Below, one piece after another: positions 38,101 through 53,100 of a DNA stretch of 64,000 nucleotides. Source of the stretch: Chiloscyllium plagiosum (lineage: Eukaryota); assembly GCF_004010195.1 (NCBI RefSeq), contig NC_057754.1:7223906-7287905 (forward strand), written 5' to 3'. Both the position numbers and the translations under genes were made by a program. The notes beneath the pieces are model-generated. The model worked only from the letters and a program-made list of their open reading frames with translations. It did no database searches and was not told where the DNA came from. Every line of letters begins with the position of its first letter. Positions within the stretch are counted from its first letter, which is position 1.

Positions 38101-41100
38101 CTCAAATTCATACCTGGGTCACTACGTATGCTGTTTAGATCTAGGGCTTGCTGTGATCCATCGTAACGTTTACTCATACACTGCTGCAAATTAAATGGTG
38201 ATATGTCAATGAAATGAAGGAACAGTCTTAGATAGATCAACTGACCACTTGTTGCTTAGCCCGAAGTTACAAAGTCATGCAAGATGTTTTCTTCGAAAGG
38301 TGTCAATTCCTGGCCAAAGCAACACTAATCCTGCCTCTTTCTGCATCATGTTGGAGTGAATCTATAATCTAAACTGTCACTCTAGTACAGTAGCAAGGGA
38401 TAGGACATGGTTAGAGATACTTTTCTTTAAATGAGATGCTAAGCCAAGGCCTTACCTTTCCTCTCAACGACACCAACTGACACTGCGACACGACAAGAAG
38501 TGAACACAGAACAGAACAGTTTCGCAGAGGAATAGGCACTTTCGCCCACCACGTCTGCACTGACCTTAATGCCACTCTAAGTTAATCTCATGGGTCTGAA
38601 TATGATCAATATCCCTCTATTCTCTGCCTGTCTGTCTCAATGTCTCTTAACCTTTGTTACCGTATCTGCTTCTACCTCCCCTGTTGACAGCAAGTTCCAG
38701 ACATCAACTACACTCTGTTTAAAAAAAACTTGCCTTGCATATCTCCTTTAAACTTTCCCCTTCTCACCTTGAACCTAGTATTTGACATTTCAACCCCAGG
38801 AAATAGACTCTGCACCCCACCATTGCCTCTCAATGTTTGAAGATGAGAACACTTTCCTGATGTATGCTAGCATGCATCCCTCAATCAAATACAACTTGAT
38901 CATCCTTTCGACACAAAAGACTCTCAGCTCAACATCCGACACTGCAGTTTACGCTCAAATCTTAACTGCCATTAACGCCTGTAACAGCATCACCTCAAAA
39001 GTAGCACATTAGTTATGAAGTGATTGGATGGAGTGCAAGATGCTGTATAAATGCAAGCTCCTTGTCTGCAATCCTTGTGTTGCTTTCTGGTATAATAGAT
39101 AACTCTTCCTGGTCTTGTCTATTACATCTTACTTCTGTTTTTAAGTGCATTGAAAATAAAGGCTCAAAACAAAACTAGCAACTTCCTCAGCAAAACTTCT
39201 GTTTTTCTTCATAAATTTGGATTTATTAACAACTAGTTGGTCATTGGCCAGCAGCAGCTGAAATGTATTTTTAAATCAAAGTCCAAGAAAGCTTTCCTTA
39301 CCTTTATGTGTTCAATCTCCTCTGATTTGAGCTCATTTGAAACGGAAGATGGCGGCACCGAAGAACTAATGATGATGGCCACCTGAAGGAAATCAAAATG
39401 CTTGCTTGCAATCAAATTTAGGATTTTGCCACTCTCGGGAAGCTCAAAGATCTGTGCGCCCTCTCCTTAAATAAACTTAACAGTGCATTGCCCACAACCC
39501 TCTTGGGTAGAGAATTCCAAAGATTCACAAACCTTTGAGTGCAGACATTTCTTAAGTTCAGCCCTAAATGATCACCACCCTATCATGAAGCCATTTTAGA
39601 CTCCCCAGTCAGCTCAAATTTTCTCAGCATCCACCCGTGGAAGCCCCCTTCTGGATTCTCTGCTGGAAAACAGAAAAGCTTCTGCTTCACATCACTGTGC
39701 AGTTTGAGGACAGGACTGGGACATGGTTGGGCTGACCTCCACCGTGGTCCAGCTTAGTGAGACCCAACTGTCTGGACCTGGTACCCCAGGGGAATGACCT
39801 GATGTCTGGAGGGGTCAATTTTAAAACAATGGCAATTCTTGGTACTCCTGCTGTGGATCCAGATGTGGTTAGGACAAACAACACAGCAAATTTGGTTTTG
39901 TTACATCAAAAGGAATTTTTTTTTAAACCACGGGCACAACACGTTACTGTCAGATATATATCTATATAGCCACATACCCTGTACAAATCCTTATCAACAA
40001 TTCTTCTCGATATCTGCTTTAAAGCATTTGCAGCTGTAGAATCTTCAACATAGAATACTGCCTTGTTGCCATCATAGTGAAACTGTGGAAAGATAGATTT
40101 CATTACTGTCATCGAATTATCAAGTACAAATAAGTCTCTTTCATAAATGTAGAAGAGAACAGAAAGTCATTGAGTGAGATATGTCAGAAAAATACAAAGA
40201 GAGGGGCGATTCGGCCCATTTCTGTTCTCACTCCCCTGTTCGTTCCCTGCAGCCCCACAAATTTCTATTTCAATGGACTTCTAAATTATGGACATAGAAA
40301 AATACAATACAGGAGCAGGAATAAACCCTTCAGTTTCTCAAGCCTGCACAGCCATTTCATAACATCACGGCTGACCTGTGAGTAAGCCCAATTCCACAAT
40401 CCAACCTACCCCAATAACCTAATTCTTTTAAGGAATGGCATCTCAGATCATTATAACTCACCAAGGCATAATTAGTGGTAGCTTAAGATTTTCCATAACT
40501 ATCTGGCCTCTCCTAAACAAGGCCATTTATAGGAGTTGTTGAGTGAAAACCTCAAGCAGTGGGACTGCCAGTGGTGGTGGTGGTGGTGGGGAGGGGACAC
40601 TGACAAGTTAAATGTCAATGCTGACCAGATACTCGACAACTCCAAAAGAGAAAACTGCTCACCTCATTCAGTTACATCCCAATCAATCCCCTGACACTCC
40701 AATACCTACCCTGCTGCTGTTCTGAGCCACAGATAATATTCCATATCCATTTTGCATAGTTAGCTATGCTGATGTATGGCAATGTGGAGAAATTCAGCCT
40801 GGATGATGACATGAGACTGGCGCTGAAAAGTGAGCATTGGCTCGATATAATCGGTTTCAGTTGTTGCCTCTGGCTGTTGCCTCATTGTTTAAGTGATTTT
40901 AATTGGTTGCCTCAATATCTGGCTGATGATAAAGATTAAAACTCTTTTACAGAGCATTTGGTAGTGCAGCCTTTACTGTGACATCACCAATGTTAAAAAG
41001 CAATCAGATTCCCTCTGCATTGTGTCTGCCTGAAGCACATGGGTTGCAGCGGTTCAAGGGGGCAGCTCACCACCACCTTCTCCAGGGAGCAGCTGGGGAT

Positions 41101-44100
41101 GGGCAATGGATGCTGGCCAGCCAGCAGCATCCACATCCTGCGAGTAAATTTTAAAAATGAAATCTGCCTATATTAATAGATTTTTTACAACAGGTAGTGA
41201 CCATTTGAATTGATTTCAACGCAAGGCAACAAATCAGTCATGAGAACTAAAGTCATGACGGCAGCAGCACTCAGGATTTCCAAGTGACTATTGATAAACT
41301 ACCTGGACTAAGTTTAAAAATTCATTCATTCCCTTCCCATTTTCAGCTAGAATTGGCAAAATTGAACATACTTTACATCTGGATGGGGCAGGGGTGCAAA
41401 GTTCAGACGGTAATAGGAAGTTTTTTAAAAAAGGAGGACAGTCTTACACTGACAGCTCGTATACAGAGTCCTAGTGGTAGGTAACTTCTGAGCAACCTGT
41501 TCCAAGATATTATTATACACCTCCTGTAGTAGGTTAGACTTGAACCCAGGTCTCTTGGCTCACAGGTAGGAACACTATCTTTGGTAGATGTGTTAAGTGA
41601 GGGATGAACAACTGATTTCATAATAGGGTGTAATAATAAGGCCACTGCACTAGTAATCCAGAAGCCAGGCTAGTGGCCTGGGTACACAGGTTCAATCCCA
41701 CCATGATAGCTGATGGCATTTAAGTGTGATTAATAATAAAAACAACTAGATTCAAAATCTGGTGTCTGTAATGATACCATAAAACTATCAACTGTCTTAA
41801 GGACTCATCTAGCTCACTAATGTCCTTTAGGAAGGAAACCTGCCATATATTACCAGGCACTATCTACATGGTGGGACAGCATTGTGGCTCAGTGGTTAGC
41901 ATTGCTGCCTCACAGCGCCAAGGACCCAGGTTCGATTCCAGCCTTGGGAGAGTGTGTGGAGTTTGCATATTCTCCCAGTGTCTGCGTGGGGTTTCCTTCC
42001 ACAGTCCAAAGATGTGCAGGTTAGGTGGGTTGGCCAAGCTAAATTGCCCACAGTGTCCAGCAAAGTGCAGGCTAGATGGATTAGCCATGAGAAATGCAGG
42101 GATAGACTAGGGATACTCTTCGGAAGGTTAGTGTGGGCTCAATGAGCAAAATGGCCTGCTTCTACACTGTAGGCTTTCTATGTCATGTCTATGAATGTAC
42201 ATATGGCTCCAGACACATAGCAACATGCTGACTTTCAACTGCCTCCTTAAAATGGCCGAATAAGCCATTCATTCAAGTAATTAAAGATGGGAAATAATGG
42301 CCTTGCTGGTAATGCCCACTTCTCTTTTAAAAATGATAAGAAGCAGCCTGAAGAACTTTTTCCCTTAAGTGGCCAAAAATGAAAACTTTTGGGAACCACA
42401 AATGATATTCAAAAGTTTGTAAAATGACAAACTTCTCTAGGAGAATGCACAATTTGCTTAGAAGATAAATATGTGCATCTTAAGAAATCACATTAAAATG
42501 TACAAAACTCTGAATATCTTTCAGCTCTTCAAAAGTTATAACTTTATCAGTAAAGCCAGCAAAACAAATTAACTCCAGATAGAGAATTCAGGCAATTTTT
42601 CAGCTATTGGCTCTCAAAAAAAGCTCTAATATAATTCATCCAAGCTGTATTAGAAACAATAATGGTCACAACCAAAGAACTCTTCAATAAACCAAGGAAA
42701 TTATCTATAACCATGGTGTAGCAACATAATTTGAACTGGATTACAAAGAGCACAATGATACACGTCATTAAAATAATCATTTAAAACCATAAAATGCAGT
42801 ATAGGAATTCATCTTTTGTATCCATATAAAAAACACTCCACTCTTAAATTTTCAACTTTCTTTTCAACTGGAAAACATACGTTGCCAATAAGTTGTTAAT
42901 GACAAACATGTGGCTCTGAATCTGCGGGTCATAGATCAATCGATTTAAGTAAACCAATGCCACACCAAACACAATGCAGAATGATTTTTCTCCAGCAGGG
43001 CTAGCTTCCCAAGGTTAAGGAATTTTACTCCTCAAAGGGGAGATGCACACCTTCTTCCCATCACTGAACCTCATTTCAAAACTGCATGCACAGCAGGTAC
43101 TGCCTTTGTGCATGACGTCAAATGTAAATGCTACAGAAAAACTAGCGCTTCCAAATAAACCTGTTGTACTACAACCTGGCGTTGTGAAATTTTTAACTTT
43201 GTACACCCCAGTCCAACACCAGCAACTCCAAATCCTACATAAAAACATATTGCATTTGGAACCATGCGTGCAAGATTTCTCAAATGAGCAAACATGCGTA
43301 GTTGACCACTGTCACCGGCGTCAGCAAACACACCAAAACAAAAAGTGGCAAACTCCTTTGGTTGAATGTGTGGAGCTGCATTCCTTCACATTTGTTGTTG
43401 AGGAACTAGCATTACCAGAAGGACGAGGACAACAGCTGTGTTGTTTTAATGTGCAGCATTTTGCTGAGAAAAACAATCACATTTTTACTGTAAGTATTGA
43501 GTTATCTTGGGTGTTTTGTAAACAGTACAATTCTTCAAGGTTGTTATCACTTTAGCTATATATTGACTTAATGTAAAAGGACGTCTCACTCTGACCTCTC
43601 ATGCGTTGTTTATTTTGCATTTATATTTTGCACACACTGTGTAAGTCAAGGATAATTAGGTACATTAGTCAGGGGAAATTTAGAGTAATAGGGTAGGGAA
43701 ATGGGTCTACGTGAGATGGGTCTTCGGAGGGTTGGGGTGGACTTGTTGGGTCAAATGGCCTGTTTCCACATGGTAGGGATTCTACGATGATTCAATAATC
43801 TGTTCTGAGATTTGATGCAATAATACTTTGCAATTTTCTGTCTTACATTTACGATGTATAGTTACAAACAACTTTTTCAGTATATTCTTTATTTTAAAGT
43901 AAGTGGTTGCTAACACTAACAGCTAGAGAGGGGAGAAGCAAGAGAACCTTTAAAACAAAGTCATTGAAAGGTGCAAATTGTATCAGTTGAGCAAGATCTG
44001 AGACAATGAGCTCAAAATATCATTCATGAGAACATGATGGCATAAGACCTATATTCAAAATGTATGGGGGAAGATGATAGAAAATGTTTCCTTATCTCAG

Positions 44101-47100
44101 TGGTAAGCTTTAAAATTCAATGAAATGATGGGGGACAAAACACTATAACCAGTAGGGACAGCCCCATTTGTGAATGACAACTTGATGATTAATCATTACC
44201 TCTAAGGGAACCCAATCAGAAATTGGGTATACACTATTTTAACTAATCCAAGACTGACCATGAACTGCACATGCTGCACATGGCAATAAAGGTTCCTGTC
44301 GTACGTGTTTACTAACTAAATAAATCAACAAACATTGCCAAAACTGCTCCCCACCCCCCAGCTCAGTCAGTCAACAAGATCATTACTGATCTAATAGCCC
44401 AGCCGCAACTTCCTGTGCTATCCCTACATTCCTTCAGGGTCCAAAGATCTGTTCAGCGCTCAAATACATTGCATATCCACAAGTCTCTAGGACAGCAAGG
44501 TCCAAAGATTCATAATCCTCTGGGTGAAGAATTTCAGTCTTAAATAATGAGTCATTCATACAGAGACTGTTACTAACCCTTCGCCTGTGTCCAGAATAAA
44601 ATCACTCAGCATTCACCCAGTCAAGCCCCTTAAAGCATCTTACATGCTCCAAATGTACCATCTCTTCAGAGAATACACGCTTTATCTAATTTACTCAGGA
44701 TACCTTTCATGGGAATTCAAACTCTGCCCGCAACACCCCAAACATTCCTACTGTCAGTACAACTAATATTTAAAGCAAGTTGTTTAAATTGCCCCAGAAT
44801 GGTACAATTAGTTATGCTGTACTGTTTTGGCATATTTTGATCAGCACTAGAACAGATCAATGGATCTCTAACCAAAATTCAGTTAATCGGGTCAGACTCT
44901 AGTGACAAGAGTTTACTGTATGATGCTATATAAATTATATAACAAAACTGGACGAGCTACATTAATATAGCGGCTACAAGAGCAAGTAAGAGTTTAGGAA
45001 TCATAGAGTCATAGAGATGTACAGCACAGAAACAGACCCTTTGGTCCAACTCGTCCATGCCGACCAGATATCCTAAGCTAATCAAGTCCCATTTGCCAGC
45101 ACTTAGACCATATCCTTCTAAACCCTTCCTATTCATATATCCATTCAGAGGCCTTTTAAAATGTTGTCATTGTACCAGCCTCCACCACTTCCTTTGGCAG
45201 TTCATTCCATACACACACCACCCACTGCATGAAAAGTGACCCCTTAGGTCACTTTTAAATCTTTTCCCTCTCACCCTAAACCTATGGCCTCTAGTTCTAG
45301 ACTCCCCCCACCCCAAGGAAAAGACCTTGTCTATTCATACTATACATACCCCTCATGATTTTATAAACCTCTATAGGGTCACCCCTCAGCCTCCGACACT
45401 CCAGGGAAAACAGTCCCAGCCTGTTTAGCCTCTCCCTGTAGCTCAAACCCTCCAACCCTGGCAACATCCTTGTAAATCTTTTCTGAACTGTTTCAACTTT
45501 CAGAACATCCTTCCAACAGGAAGACGACCAGAAGTGTCACAATATTCTGAAAGTGGCCTAACCAATGTCCTGCATAACCGCAACATGACCTCCCAAATCC
45601 TCGTTCACTAACTCACCTCCTGACTCCCCAAAGTCTGTCCAAAGGACAAGTCAGGAGTGTGATGGAATACTCCCCGCTTCCCTGGATGAATGCATCTCCA
45701 AAACCACTCTCAAAGCTTGACACCATTCAGGACAAAGCAGCCTGTTTGATTAGCATCAGAACCACAGAAAGCCATTCCCTCAATCATCAATGATGAGCAG
45801 CAGCAGTGTGTACCACCTACAAGATGCACAGCAGAAATTCACCAGAGCTTCTTTGACCTTCTAAACCCACAACCATTCCCATGTGGAAGGAGAAGAGCAA
45901 TAGAATACCACCACCAGACATATGAATACCTACCTCTTGCAGGCTCCCCTCCAAGCCTCTCACCATCCTAACTTGGAAATATATTGCTATTGCTTGAGTG
46001 TCACTGGGTCATAATTTTGGAACTCCCTCTCTAGTAATATTAAGATTGTCCCGACAGCACACAGATTCTGGCAGTTCAAGGCCGGAGCTCGCCATCACCT
46101 TCTCAACTAGGTATGGGCGATAAAGGTTGGCCCAACCAGTCATCACCCACAAATTAATTTTAAAAACAAAAACAAACATCTACGCTACATTAAATACATG
46201 AGACTTAAGTTCATCTGAAGCCACCAAGCTGTGCCAGGATACCATGTTTCTGACAGCCTGCTCATTGACCTTGGGATACAGAGTCAAGCTCAATCTATGC
46301 TCTGCTCCAAATTCCAAACACCCAGTTTCCAACAGAAGCTTCTGAACAGATTTGGATTGTAAACCACTCGCCTTGGTTCTTAACTCCACATTTTGAGTGT
46401 AGTGAATCAGTCTGAGAAAAATCTAATTTTACTGACAATATTTTAACATTTCTCACAACAACATCATAAGTGCCATCACTCCTACCTGAACAGGAGTAAA
46501 GGGAACACTGCACATATTATGCATGTTTGACAAAAGCCAGGATTTATCATATTTCTTTCCAAAAGGAATCTAAAGAGAGAACAAAAATATTTTGTCATTT
46601 TCATACCTAATATTTAACTTTACAAAATCCATTTGCAAAAACTTTCTAAATTAACACTTGGATAAATATATTCGGATAATAACACAAAGACTCAAGCTAT
46701 TGTATTATACCAAAGTTTGAACTTGACAAGGCATAGAGTTCAGCATGGAATGAATGCAGTAAAGTAATGACACCATTCTCCAATGACTTGGTAGTTAAAT
46801 GCACTTCATAATGTTGTATACTGTGTATAACTTAAATGCATAGAGTTACTCAGTTTCAGTTCTAATCCATACTGCATTAGTAAAGCACAGAACAGGGCGC
46901 ACATTGGTTGTGTTAAGTGTATCTCTTTCTGGCACAGTTTACATGGGAACAGAGTTGAATGGGCTGGGGCTTTCCCTCTGTCAGGAGTCGGGTAGCAGGG
47001 AGCAAAGATCGTGAGAGAAAGATTCTGGGAGCAAGCAGCAAGATAGAAAACAGGAAAACTGTTACAAGTTCTCAAAAGGAACCAGACTTATGAACAAAAG

Positions 47101-50100
47101 GCCTCCATTCTCGTACACCTACACGGTGATCCACACAGCAGCCCAGTATCAAACACACACACGACAGAAAAATAAAGACGAGAAAATAAAGTCCTACAGT
47201 GATTTTAAACCAGGATCGGCGTGCATTGGCGCTTGCATTTCTCTCTGAATTTTGCTTCACTGTAACTTGAATGCTTGAGGGCCCTCCATCACGATCATGC
47301 CAACTGTCCAGGCGACGAGATGGTCTTGCACCATACGGTGTACTGAGGATTAAAAGACAGATTTTTAAAAATTACAAACATTTAAAATCAACCTAATCGG
47401 AGATTGCTTACTTTATCACAGTACCGTCACATGAACATAGAACATTTCAAAACAGAGAAAAATATGCTGTGCTTAACAGATTACTGCCAAACTGAGTGTT
47501 CAGTTTACATTTCAGTTACAGTATGATAACACAGATAATACACAGCACTGACTGACTGCTGCTGAAACTTGTACTCTGTACCGTAGTATTTCTATCAACC
47601 ATTTGGGGCATGGGAGGTTGTCTGCTTCTGGCTGATCTGCCACCCCCTCACTTCACAGTCAGAAGATTGAGAGTTCAAGCCCCAATTCATTAGATCTGAC
47701 CTCATAATTCATGCTAATGTGTCCAGTGCAATCAGGTCCCACCTTCTGGATAAATTAAAGCAACCTGACAAACAATTTCTGTCGTGGGCCCATTTGACAT
47801 ACTGGGACTGTGTGGTTCACCACACACCCTCATCTTGTGAGTGAATAAAGAATGCAGTTGGTAGCTAAACAGTTTGTGTCAGCATGGAGGTAACGATACT
47901 GCTGGTGCAAATTCATTGCAGGATATTTATGCCTGCAAATCTGTATGCTGAGCCTCTGACGTGTTCTTGGAACAGTATTTATATGGGGCTGGTCCAGTTT
48001 AGTTTCTGGTCAAGACAATCCTTAGGATAATGATAGTGGAGGAGTCACTGATGGGCAGTCACGCTCATCTCACCTTTGGAATTCAGCTCTTATGCCCCTG
48101 TTTTGTGTAGAGGATAGACTGGGACAGGTTTCCACATTGTCGGGTAGATGTCAGTGTTGCCATTGTACTGAAACAGCGTGGCTAGAGACACAGCTAGTTT
48201 TGGAGCACTAGTCTTGTGGTCCAGTTTAGTTTCTGGTCAAGACAATCCTTAGGATAATGATAGTGGAGGAGTCACTGATGGCAACGTCATTGAATATCGA
48301 GGTTAGATGATTAGATTTTCTTTTATGGAGCTGGTCATTGGCATCACACAAATGCCAGGCAATGTTACTTGCCGGTTATCCTGAACTAGACATGGTCCAC
48401 ATTTTCCACACGGATTTGGACTGCTTCAATATCTGAAGAATCAGAACTTAAGCTGAACATTGTGCAAGCATCAGCAAACATCCCCATTTCTGATCTTATG
48501 TTGGACAGAAGGTCATCGATGATGCAGCTAAAGATGGATGGGCATAGGACACTTACCCTGAGGAACCTCCTGAAGAGTTGCTCTGGAGTGGAAATTATTG
48601 ACCTCCAACAACCACATCCATTTTACTTTGTGCGAGGCAAGACTTCAACCAGCAGAGATTTCCCTCAGATTTCCATCAGCTCTAATTTTGTTTAGGCCCA
48701 CGATGCCATACTCTTCGAATACTGCCTTGATATCAAGGGCAGTCACACTCATCTCACCTTTGGAATTCAGCTCTTATGCCCCTGTTTTGTGTAGAGGATA
48801 GACTGGGGCAGGTTTCCACATTGTCGGGTAGATGCCAGTGTTGCCATTGTACTGAAACAGCGTGGCTAGAGACACAGCTAGTTTTGGAGCACTAGTCTTG
48901 AGTACTATTGCTGGAATGTTGTTTTTAAGTGCTTTCAGCCATTTGATATCATATGATTTGAATTGGCTGAAGGCTAGCATCTGTGATATTGCAGATCTCA
49001 AGTGAAGCACCTTCCAAATCTGCAATCTCTACCATCTCAAAAGGACAAAGCACGCAACTGCTTGGGAAGTTACCAGCAAGTTCCCCTCCAAGCCACTCAC
49101 CATCCTGACGCAGAACTAGATCACCACCTCTTCACAGTCGTTGAGTCACAGAGTCAGAGAGATGTACAGCACAGAAACAGTTTGGTCCAACCCATCCATG
49201 CTGACCAAATATCCTAACCTAATCCAGTCCCACCTGCCAGCACCCGGCCCATATCCCTCCAAACTCTTCCTATTCATATTCCCATCCAGATGCCTTTTAA
49301 ATGTTGCAATTGTACCAGCCTCCACCACTTCCTCTGGCAGCTCATTCCATACATGCACTACCCTCTGCTTGAAAAAGTTGCCCCTTAGGTCTATTTTATA
49401 TCTTTCCCCTCTCACCCTAAACCTATGCCATCTAGTTCTGGATTCCCCCACCCCAGAGAAAAGACCTTGTTTATTTATCCTATCCATGCCCCTCATGATT
49501 TTAAAAACCTGTATGAGGTGACCCCTCAGCCTTTGACACCTCAGGGAAAACAGCCCCAGTCTATTCAGCTTCCCCCTATAGCTCAACTCCTCCAACCATG
49601 GCAACATTCTTGTAAATCTTTGTTGAACACTTTCAAGTTTCACAACATCCTTTCGATAGGAAGGAGACCAGAATTGTACGCAATATTCCAAAAGTGGCCT
49701 AACCATAGTCCTGTACAGCTGCAACATAACCTCCCACTTCTTTACTCGATACTCTGACCAATAAAGGAAAGCATACCAAACACCTTCTTCACTATCCTAT
49801 CCACCTGCGATTCTACTTTCAAGGAGCTATGAACCTGCACTCCAAGGTCTCTTTGCTCAGCAACACTGCCGAGGACCTTACCATTAAGTGTATAAGTCCT
49901 GCTAAGATTTGCTTTCCCAAAATACAGCACCACACATTTATCTAAATTAAACTCCACCTGCCACTAACTATACCTCCTATGTTCACATCCAAATCATTTA
50001 TACAAATGACGAAAAGCAGTGGACGCAGCACTGATCCTTGTGGCACTCCACTGGTCACAGGCCTCCAGTCTGAAAAATAACCTTCCACCACCATCCTCTG

Positions 50101-53100
50101 TCTTCTATCTTTCAGTCAGTTCTGTATCCAAATGGCTAGTTCTCCCTGTATTCCATGAGATCTAATCTTACTAACCAGTCTCCCATTGGGAACCCTTATC
50201 AAATACCTTACTGAAGTCCATATAGATCACATCCACCGCTCTGTCCTCATCAATCCTCTGTTACTTTTTCAAAAAACTCAATCAAGTTCCTGAGACATGA
50301 TTTCCCACGCACAAAACCATGTTGACTATCCCTAATCAGTCCTTGCCTTTCCAAATACTGGTCAAAATCTCAGAACTCCTGCCCTAGTGACACTGTACAC
50401 ACCAAGGACTGTAACCAGTCAAGAAGATAGCTCAGTGCTGCCCCCTCCTCAGCAATTCGGGATGGACAATAAAGGACCTGGGTTGAAACTTTATTGCTGG
50501 AACAGCACAGCAGGGATGCTGCCTGACTTGCTGTGCTGTTCCAGCAATAAAGTTTCAACTTTGATCTCCAGCATCTGCAGACCTCACTTTCTCCTCCAAT
50601 AAAGGACCTGGCCAATGACATTCACACCTCACAAATGAGCAAAGAAAACTTTTTAGAATGCTGGGCCATTAGATCTTTACCCAATGATTATAGCCAGCAT
50701 GGTAAGCTCAGCAGTGATGACATTTAACATTGTCATTTACCTGCCAGGCAAAAGAATTTCAGCATCTGTGTATCTGCATGCTTAGCATGTACCAGGAAAT
50801 GATTGAATCATCGGATCTGTATTACCGTTAACCCCACGTGACCGTGATGCTTAACTGCTACCCTTTCGGATGCTAATAAAGCCACTGTTTTAAATAGCTA
50901 CAATTTGGGTTCTTTACCCAGAGAGTGGTGGGGGCATGGAATGCGCTGCCCGTGGGAGTGGTGGAGTCGGAATCATTGGCGACCTTTAAGCGGCATTTGG
51001 ATAGGTACATGGATGGGTACTTAATCTAGGTTAGAAGTTCGGCACAACATCGTGGGCCGAAGGGCCTGTTCTGTGCTGTATTGTTCTATGTTCTATGTTC
51101 TACCTGGATTTGCCTATTTATAACAGGCAGAGTAGCAGAGGACAGTTATAATTGGTCAGGTACTGGCTTTATGTGCAGCTCAGATTATTCTGTCATTAAC
51201 AGATAGTAATACAGTACGTGCCATGAGTCAGACATGTACTGCAATATTGTCAGTACCTAGACAAGCAAGATGAATAAACTGGCAAATTGCAGTGGAATTG
51301 GTTGAAAACTAACAGACTTGAATTTATACATTGCCTTTCACTTCCTGAGGATGCCCCAACACCTTTTAAAGCATACTTCTGATGTCTACTCACTGCTGTA
51401 ATATAGGAAGTGCAGATTGCACACAAGCTGCTCCCACAAACAGCAATGCGATAATGGCCACATCATCTATTTGTGATGTTGACTGACAGACTGGCCCAGG
51501 ACACAAGGGAGAACTTCTCTCATCACCTCCCAATACCATGGTGGAATCATTTATGTCCATCTTGAGGTTTGCAGATTTGGTCTCCGTTTGACAGTATGGA
51601 CAGATTTTCTTTTAAATGTTGACACTTCTAAACTTCGGAGTACAAGGAGCACAAAGTGAGCATGCAGCTGCACTAAGCAAGGAATGCAAATGCCCCGTTA
51701 GCCTTTGGTGTAATAGAATTAGAGCATGGGGGAGCTAATGATATAGAAGTAATGCTACTGGACTAGCAACTGAGGCAGCCCAGGACACTACTATGGGGAA
51801 TAAACACTAAGCACTGGAGCTTTGAATGAGAGTCATACAGGGCTCAAGATATTAACCTGCTCCCCCTCTCTATACTCCACCAGGTCCAACAGGTTTATTT
51901 TAAATCACAAGCTTTCAGAGTGCTGCTCCTTCATCAGGTGAAATGACTTGTGTGGTGGAGGCAAGTACAATGGAAGTAAGTTCAGTCAAGGCATGAATTA
52001 TTTCAAGACGATTATTTGAAGAGAAACAACTGGAGGAGAATAGAGAGCCAACATGCACACAATGGGCTTAATGGCCTCCTTCCTTGCCCTAATAATTGTG
52101 ATTGTTTTATTATACGTAGAACCATTCAAATAAAGGCACACTACTACAGCTGCTGGAGATCTGAAATGAAACAAAGTCTGGCAGCAGGTCTGGCAGCATC
52201 TGTGGACAAGGAAACAGAGTTAATGCTCTGAATCCAATGACTCTCCTTTACAAGTCATATTTAGACTTGAAACTTTAACTTCCACTCCACATTTGCTCGA
52301 AGACCTCCTGAGTTTGTCCAGCACTTGCAGCTTCTGTATAGCAGCATTGCAGCTGCGATTTTACGTGTAATTAGGGTAAAGTGATTCCTCTTTCGTTTAA
52401 GTAAGACCTCTCCCTTTCTTTTCCAAAGTCCTTAGGGCTGGAACCCTCAAGACACAAAATTTATTAGGATATGCAACTAATGGTTAGGAACTAGCATGTG
52501 AGATCAGATAGATAGCTCTTTTCTTGGCTGACACAAATAGGCCAAGTGGTTTCCTCCTGTACGATAAATCATAGAATCCCTACAGTTTGGAAACAGACCA
52601 TTCGGCCCATTGTGCCCACTTAAACCCACCACTCTATCCCATCCCTAACCCTGCATTTCCCAGGGGCTAATTCACCTAGCTTGTACATCCCTAGGCACAA
52701 TGGGCAATTTATTACTGCCAATCCACCTTATCTGCACATTTTTGGATTGGAGGAGGAAGCTGGAGCGTCCAGAGAAAACCCACACAGACATGGGGAGAAT
52801 GTGCAAACTCTACACAGACAGTAGCCCAAGGGTGCAATCGAACCCAGATCCCTGGCGCTATGAGACCATGTTTTATGATTCCCAGACAATCTCTAATGGA
52901 ACAAAGGCCAATTCTCCTGCTCATGTCCTGATCTAATTTTGGCAAAAGAAAACGAGTGAATTTGTCATTGATGTAGTTTGTTTGCTAAATTCCTCCTAAT
53001 AATTTTAAATGGTAGATTTTCTGGCAAGAAAAACCTGAAAGTTGTACAGCACCTCAGACTATCCAAAACAGCTTTAGTATTATATCTAAAATGCCATAAT

